From: Eledone cirrhosa | Taxonomy: Eukaryota | DNA length: 64,000 nucleotides | NCBI GenBank assembly: GCA_964016885.1 | Contig: OZ024740.1 | Span: 277,698,001 to 277,762,000 of the forward strand | Direction of reading: 5' to 3' | Shown here: positions 56,544 to 64,000 of the stretch, piece by piece | How positions within the stretch are numbered: position 1 is the first letter of the stretch | How the letters are laid out: the number at the start of each line of letters is the position of its first letter | Program-made: the position numbers and the translations under genes | The notes under the pieces: model-generated | The model's input: the letters and a program-made list of their open reading frames with translations, nothing else | Databases searched by the model: none | What the model was told of the DNA's origin: nothing

Positions 56544-57969
56544 TGTATGTATGTATGCGTTCATGCATGCATAGATCTATGTATGTATATGTTCTACATA
56601 TGCGAAAGTAATTATAAAATAGATTTATTGTTGTGATGGATATCCGTGTTTACTAAGCTTGTCATTTTTGTTTAAAAGTCAATTTGTTTTCGTTACATTC
56701 TCGTAATCGTTATTTCTATTGTTTCGAAATTTGATCGATTTCTCGTTGACGTCTTACTTTGTCAGTACCCAAACACTATTTTCTTTGATCCAAGATTTAC
56801 TATATCAAATTACCATTCCTTGTAAGATAATGTTCTAAGTACCACATTAACTAAGCGCAAGATTTTCTAAGTCTTCGATATTGAAAGTTTTTCATTCTTT
56901 TACATCATGAAATATTGTTGAGAAAGACATTAATCACAAAATTTCTATCTCCACTTTATAACTTGATAGGCTTTATTTGCCATTGATAAATACGACCGAT
57001 GACTAATATTTAGGGAATATACATTTTTATGCAAGACTTTTTATTTTAGTGTGTGAAATAAACAGTTATCCAATTTGCTACGATGGTTGTTCTTTGTCAG
57101 AAGATTAGATTTTTACCTCTGGTGTGTTTATGTTGCTTGATTTAGGGTATGAGACAGAATATCTGGTAGTTCTAGTGATAAGCATACGCTTGTGTTACCA
57201 TATCTGCAATCAGCTTTTCTTTCTGGAGATTTAACGTTATTAATGCAAACCAATAAAACGTGTTAGTTGTGCCATGTTTAGCACATTGGATTATAATTAT
57301 TTAACCTGCAATTGACCGAATGATCATTGCTATACATCTTTTGAACTTCTTCTTTCCAGCTTTTGTTACACCCTCGATAGTGTAAAACAAATTAGCACAA
57401 AGATGATAGATAAGGTGTTACATGTTGCAAACTGTTCGCTAATCATCTGATGTCAACCACACCCCTGTTGGAGTTGAGGAAATAATGAAATCTGCCGAAT
57501 AATATTTAGAGGGTGCACACTTTTGCATCGTTTTATTTATGACGATTTTTTAAATCTAGCCTTTTGTTATTTTGTCCTTTCTCTTCACTTTACTGAATCC
57601 AACGAGGAAACCACACGACATAATGAAATGGGATGAAAATAAGCAGGAGGAATATGTTCTAGATACACAATAACATTGGGGTTAAAGGGAGAAACACTTT
57701 TAATGGATGAAATTTATTACTAGCGTTCTTGTTTTCTTTGCTCTGCAACAGTTTTTAAGGGAAACTGTTCCTAATTTTCATCCTTCATTAAACCTCGTTA
57801 TAAGATAAGTACCTGGCTCAACACTGTCATTCACAAATTTCAGATCATCAACAGACGCTTTATAATCGTCTTTAATTGAAAAATCCAGCTTTTATGTAAA
57901 ATGGATTCAGAGCACAATCGAAATGAAGGATTCCAACAAAATAAAAATTCCCTATGGATATAATAATGA

Positions 57970-60900
57970 AATTATTGTGTAAAGTGCTCAGGTGCACTAC
58001 AACTCATCAAAGGTGCATGTACAGTACATAGAATAATACACAAATGTCAGGGAAGTGAATAGTGTATGAGTCACGATATACATGTGTGTATGTGTATGGA
58101 GGGGAACATTAGGATGTAGTGTTGGCGGATCTCGGGAAGCATGGAGGCCTTAAAGGATGCAGTGTCTCGACAGCTAACAGCCGATGCAGGTAGTTTGTTC
58201 CATGCTTCAGCAACTCTGAGCGTGAAAAAATGTTTCCGAAAGTCATGGAAACTCTACTGTTTTCTGACTTTGTGGGCATGCCCACGTGTGTTAGACACAT
58301 GGAAATCAAAAAGGTACTCAGGGTTGTTGTTGGCAAGATGGTTAACAATTTTGTGGGTGTTTACCAAGTCAGTTGCCAGGCGTCGGAGCTTCAATGTGTC
58401 CAAGTCCAGGGAAGCAAGGCGCTCAGAGTATGGTAGATGCCTGATGGAGGGTATTCGCTTGGTTGCACGTCTCTGAACAGTTTCCAGACGGTCAATGTTC
58501 TGAGCAAGATAGGGGTTCCAGGCTGGTGATGCAAATTCTAAGTGTGTCCGCACCATAGCCATGTACAGCCTTAAATAGATAGCTGGAGAGCGGCTGACAG
58601 AGGTCTTTCTGAGTGATGCTAAGACACCCTCGGCCCTCTTGACAATTTTAGAGACGTGCTTCGTCCAACGCAAATCGCTGCTGACTGTAATGCCCAGGTC
58701 ATGTTCACAAAAAGACTTCTTGATATTAGTGCTATGGAGGGAGTATGTGGACGCTGGGTTTTTACTCCCAAAATGCATGGTGGTGCACTTGTCCACAGCT
58801 AGCTTGAGTTGCCAGTCTGAGATCCATTGTTGCATTGTGTCCAGGTCAGACTGCAAGCTAGATCTATAGTGTTCAGGTCTGTCCTTTTTATCTCAAGGTA
58901 CAGCTTGATATCATCTGCGTAATTTCGTACTGTGGCATTCTTTAAGTTGGCATATATGTCATTAATATATGCCACAAACAAAAGGAGGTCAAAAACAGAT
59001 CCCTGTGGTACACCAGATGACATCTCATATGGTGAGGAATGCTGTCCCAGAACCGTGACTACCTCTCTTCGACTGAGAATGAAGGACTTCAACCAGTTAA
59101 AAAGATCATCCTTCACACCCATTGCAGAGTTTTGCCATAAGACTTTTGTGTGGCACAGAATTGAAAGCTTTCGTAAAGTCAAGGTAAACAACATCCACCC
59201 ATGAGCTGCCATCAGTGATCCGGGTGATGTCTTCAAGAAACTCGACAAGTTGATCACAGCAGCTGGAGTTGGGGATAAATCCAAATTGCAAGGGCCGGAT
59301 AAGACTGTGAGAGTTCCAGAAGTTCCAAAGTGTTTCTCTGACATAGGATTCCATCAGTTTGGCAATGCAACTCGTAAGACTTACTGGACGATAGTTCACA
59401 GGTGATGTGCAGTCACCCTTTTTAAACAGAGGAATGATACTGGCAGTTTTCCACTGTTCTGGAGTAGCACCGTCGTTCAGGGTGAATTGGAAGAAACGAG
59501 ATAACTGGTGCAGAAGGAAGTACCCACCACGTTTAAGAAGTAGGTACGTAACACCACCAAGACCAGGAGAGGCATGGTTGCGTTTATTTTTTAGGTGGCG
59601 TCGCTGCATTGCAGGTGTAAATTCCATGGTTGTAATAGAGTCCGATGTCATAGGTGGTGGAGATGGTACACTCTGGTCTTCAATAGTGAAAATACCTGCA
59701 TAGCATTCAGCAATGAGCTCTGCGCATTTCTTGGGGTCGTCAGTGACCTGGCTTGTGTGGGGATTATGAAGAGGACCAACTGGAGAGTGAGGCCTCTGCT
59801 TTGAGTGAACATACTTCCAGAACACCTTACTGTCAGGGCTGGTTGCTATGCGCTGCTCAAATTGAGGCACTGCCTTCTTTTGTCACCTGTTTGAGGTGGT
59901 TGGATGATCTATTTCGCCTCTCCCTATTAATGTCTGATTTGTGAAGTTTGTACTCGCGTTCAGCATTGCGACGTTCTTTTCTGGCAAGACGGACTGTTGC
60001 AGTCGCCCAAATTGCACTTTTGGGATGTCTTTTCCGCTTACGTGGCACCGATGCTGCACATGCTGTCCATATTTAGCTCAGGATGTTCTGGAGTACAGTG
60101 TTGACATCTTCAGAGTCGTAGAACTCAAGCCAGTTTGGCCGTTGCAACTCAGTGGAGTAACAGTTCCAGTCTGCTTTATTCCAGTCAAAGTGAGCAGTTT
60201 GGAGATGGTTGTGGTTCTTGTTACTGCCCATGAGGGATAGATTGGCAATGATCATAACATGATCAGAGTTACCTAAAGGTTCCTCAGCAGTAACACTAAT
60301 GACCGTTTCAGGAGTAGTGGTGAAGAGTAGGTCCAAAGTGTTGTCACCTCTTGTTGAGGAGGTGACTACTTGGGACCAATTCGAGTCCAGCACTAGCTCA
60401 AAGAAGTCATTTGCACTTGGCGGCCAACGAAAGGTTTCCCAGTCAATCTCAGGATGCTTGAAGTCTCCTGCAATGAAAACATAAGTGGCTGTTTTCATGG
60501 CAGCAGCTCTGAGGATATCACAAAGTTGAGTGTCCTGGTGGTAATTTGGGGGATGGTAAACGACTCCAAGTAGCAGTGTTGACATGGTCATACGTATATC
60601 GCAGAAAAAAACTTCCTGCTGTGATTGGTTCAAATCAACACAATGAATTGCCGACAAATTTGACCGAACATAGACCATTACACCACCACCGCGACGATTA
60701 ATGCGGTCTTTACGACACAGGTTGTAGCCAGTTATGCTGAAAACCCCATCACAGAGTAAGGGATGTGCCCAAGTTTCCGTGACTCTAATGAAGTCAGGGT
60801 AGATACTTTTGACGCAGGAGTCAAAAAGATGAATCTTATTGCATATACTACGTGCATTCAAGGACAACAATTTGTACCTTGATTCCAGTATATGATTATG

Positions 60901-61540
60901 TGCAGGGGATGACAGGTTGTTCTGATTTAGTTTCCCAGAGTTTTTTCAGTTTTTTTATTGTCAGTTGTTGTGGGTACAGTGTTTTCAGACCAGCTGGTAT
61001 CTCTTTTCCATGTTTCACCAGCCTTAACAAACTACCATATCTGCCCATCATCTCGTAGGCTGAAGCTTTCATGTTCTGCCGAGCTACGGTTTAAGGAAGC
61101 TGCAGCACGCAACTTTGGGCGGATATCAGGTGGAAGACCAGGGCGTGTTCGGAAAGCAATCCGACTTTCACGCCTAGCTTTATCAGAGGCTACAAGGTAT
61201 GAACGTGCCTCAGTTGAGTTCGAAAAGGACAGTCTAATTAGCCTGGGTTTCGGGCCTGGTCGGCCAAGGCGTAGAGCACCCTTTGCACAGCCCAAGTCTT
61301 TGGATGAGCTGGCAGCAAATGGCTGAAGATCAACTATGTCTTTTGGTACACCAATGGCAATCACTTCGTGGTTTGCAGATTCAGTGGCATTCTCAATGCG
61401 TCTAGGTTCAACATGAGGTAAGCGGAGATTTTTTAACAAGGCACTCCGGTAAGATCCCTCATTGTGGGGTTCTACACGAACGCTTGATTTTATTCCCGCT
61501 ATTTCTCGGCTTAAAGCGGAAATCATTTTCTGCATGTGTT
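57970..61540 (-). mobile_element. CR1-clade LINE (partial ORF1, APE-RT ORF2, frameshifted)
   Basis: LNARSI, ETW, GDF, SDH; NYRPVSLTS, YLDFTKAFNSVPH, GVPQGSV, YADDIK, TRGH..RKHFF..RV..WNKLP. Confidence 0.93.
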
Positions 61541-61591
61541 TTATTGAAATTATGTCCCTCCCAAAGCATAACTACATATATATATATATAT

Positions 61592-61709
61592 ATATTTATT
61601 TAAATAACAGATTAAAGTTTAGGCAAAGAATCGCTGTTTCAGAAGATTCCGTTAAGAGTGAAAGCAGCGATTCTTTGCTTAAACTTTAATCTGTTATTTT
61701 AATAAATAT
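61592..61709. repeat. Hairpin with about 49-bp arms beside (TA)n
   Basis: Reverse-complement arms with about 3 differences. Confidence 0.85.
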
Positions 61710-61792
61710 TTGCTCTACGGTTCTTATATATTTAATATATATTTATCCTTATGGAGCCCTCTTTAGATTTTAGTCTTCAAAGTTATTATTAT

Positions 61793-61864
<72 letters not shown>

Positions 61865-61886
61865 ATAATTATAAATTTGAAGACTA

Positions 61887-63320
61887 ATGTACTCCCACTA
61901 CGTTGATGATATAAACATCGTAGTAAAAGCACCCCCACTAGAGAACAGTCAGGAATTAGAGAAAAACACCATGGAAATCATCCACCAAATAGTTAACTCC
62001 ATCCACCAGAGTATTAAAGTTACTATACACTACCCAAGCAAACACCCCAGCCATCGATTACCTGTACTAGACACAGACCTCTGGTTAGAAACCATTAATA
62101 ACAAAAAACAAATCCTCCATTCCCATTATGCCAAACCAATGACTGATCCACCGAAACTCAGCTGTTTCGGACCACACCAAAATCAACATACTGATTGCGG
62201 ATTTGGTACGGGTGATGAGAAACGTGTCCCGCATGTTCAACCTCAAAGAACTAGAGAGACACATACAACACTTCATCCACCGTATGCAGTTCTCTGGTTA
62301 CAATTAGAGAGATAAAATCAGAGTATATAGAGGAGCCAGAACAAAATGTGAAAAAATGGTAAATAATGATACAAATGGGACCTGCCCCTTGTATAAGAGC
62401 AAATTTTGGAATAGAATAGAAAGAACTGGGAATAAGGTTAATAGAATGAACTCATGGTATGATAGCAATAAATACCAGAGTGTAATGTTCATCAATACAA
62501 CCCCTAGAAGTGAATTAGCTTACAAATTTAGAAGAGCCCTAGATAAACATAAACTCAATAATAAGATAGTAGAAAGACCAGGTACCTCCATAAAAAAACA
62601 CTTATTAGCAATACATACCCTTTTCAAAGACCTCCATGTATAGATAAGAAATGTATAATCTGTAAACTAATATTAACTGTAAAACTAGAAATGTAGTATA
62701 TAGCATAAGATGTACCGAAGGACAATGTAGAGATAAGAATATAGTGTACATAGCTGAGACAGCTCGTAGTATAGGAGAACGGATAAATGAACACTGGCGA
62801 GAGCTTCAAGATAGCAAAGAATCATTTGCACTTCACCAACATGCTAAAATAGAACATAAGGGTAAATTAGAGAACATAGAAATAAAAATAGAATCTACAC
62901 ACAGAAAAGACGCAATGTTTAGACAAATCACAGAGGCAATAAACATAAATGAACTCCAACGAAATTAAATAGAAAACATGAATGGAATAGCAACATCACA
63001 ACTTACAATTAAGGACAAATTGAAAACACACACACTTAATGCCAGGACCGGTTGTATCTCAGCGTACTCAATAGCCAATGTAAGATACATTCCCAGAGTA
63101 TACACATAGTTATTCCCTTCAATATAACACACGTAAAACGGGTGCCTATAATAGTTCCCGGACTAGAGTTTCGGCCACACTTAATGCAGCCTCTGTCTGC
63201 ATATATTATGCAATGATGCATAATCGGCTTATGTATATATTTTAGGGACGATCGACTTTCGTGAAATTGGACCGAGGAAACAATGTTTCCGTCGGTCTTT
63301 CTAATTGCTAATACTATCTA
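61887..63320 (+). mobile_element. 5'-truncated PLE related to the 2845-4665 copy
   Basis: YVDDINI, RLPVLDT, VVYSIRC..YIAETARSIGERINEH..RQITEAINI; preceded by a 27-bp inverted repeat around (TA)n (61771-61887). Confidence 0.88.
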
Positions 63321-63322
63321 TT

Positions 63323-63477
63323 GGTCGCAACTCCAGGTAGAAGGGGCAACGTGAAATAAAGTGTCTTGCTCAAGGACATAACGCATAGCCTGGTCCAGGA
63401 ATCGAACTCATAACCTCACGTTTGCGAATCCAATTCTCTAACCACTCAGCCACACACCTTATGTGTATGTGTGTGTG

Positions 63478-63553
<76 letters not shown>

Positions 63554-63688
63554 TACATAAGGTGTGTGGCTAGAGAATTGGATTCGCAAACGTGAGGTTA
63601 TGAGTTCGATTCCTGGACCAGGCTATGCGTTATGTCCTTGAGCAAGACACTTTATTTCACGTTGCCCCTTCTACCTGGAGTTGCGACC
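63323..63688. mobile_element. Head-to-head inverted pair of SINE S1 around (TG)(TA)(CA)
   Basis: 63323-63460 (-) and 63559-63688 (+) are identical except for an 8-nt deletion. Confidence 0.9.
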
Positions 63689-63689
63689 G

Positions 63690-63903
63690 ATATATATATT
63701 TATTTGGTTCCTTTACCGGTTTCGCAGTTCTTCTGCTTTTCAAAAGGTGAGTTGAGATGGAGGGTCTGTGGTTTTTCTCACACACACACATATATATATA
63801 TATATGTGTGTGTGAGAAAAACCACAGACCCTCCATCTCAACTCACCTTTTGAAAAGCAGAAGAACTGCGAAACCGGTAAAGGAACCAAATAAATATATA
63901 TAT
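63690..63903. repeat. Perfect palindrome centred on (TA)n, carrying a mutated hammerhead (63846-63883)
   Basis: cctt-TTGAAAA-gcag aagaa ctgc-GAAA-CCGG-TA-aagg. Confidence 0.92.
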
Positions 63904-64000
63904 TTTTTAAAATAATAAGACTCCAGTTGCATTTTCGATTTCATCTCTTTTTCTTTATACTTTCACTCGTGTAGGACACCTCGGTTATTTTTCATTTTGT

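Noticed and set aside
56600-57950. Possible decayed coding sequence on the minus strand
   Set aside because: No ORF or recognisable motif; cannot be supported
57968-61553. tgaaattat as a CR1 target-site duplication
   Set aside because: Short, AT-rich and overlapping the likely element tail; may be chance

Overview
Eukaryotic, AT-rich, repeat-saturated genomic DNA with no intact host gene that I can identify. The SINE families and microsatellite landscape look like a coleoid cephalopod (octopus-like) genome; this is inference, not a database match. The window is almost entirely decayed retroelements: at least six Penelope-like element (PLE) copies (RT + GIY-YIG), two R4/Dong-type RLE LINE families, two full-length Tx1/L1-type LINEs in tandem, a CR1 LINE, RTE fragments and bipartite RTE derivatives, tRNA-derived SINEs, one non-autonomous Helitron and two MITE relics. 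Most ORF-track entries are microsatellite translations. Two patterns stand out. First, about 15 inverted duplications (arms 27 bp to 1.6 kb) are anchored at (TA)n tracts, and many carry minimal hammerhead-ribozyme motifs typical of PLE pLTRs; they range from ORF-containing PLEs with inverted tails to pure hairpins. Second, the retroelements appear to partition by microsatellite: PLE at (TA)n, R4/Dong at (TACA)n, and Tx1 plus one SINE at (ATT)n. Coordinates were read by eye and may be off by a few bases.
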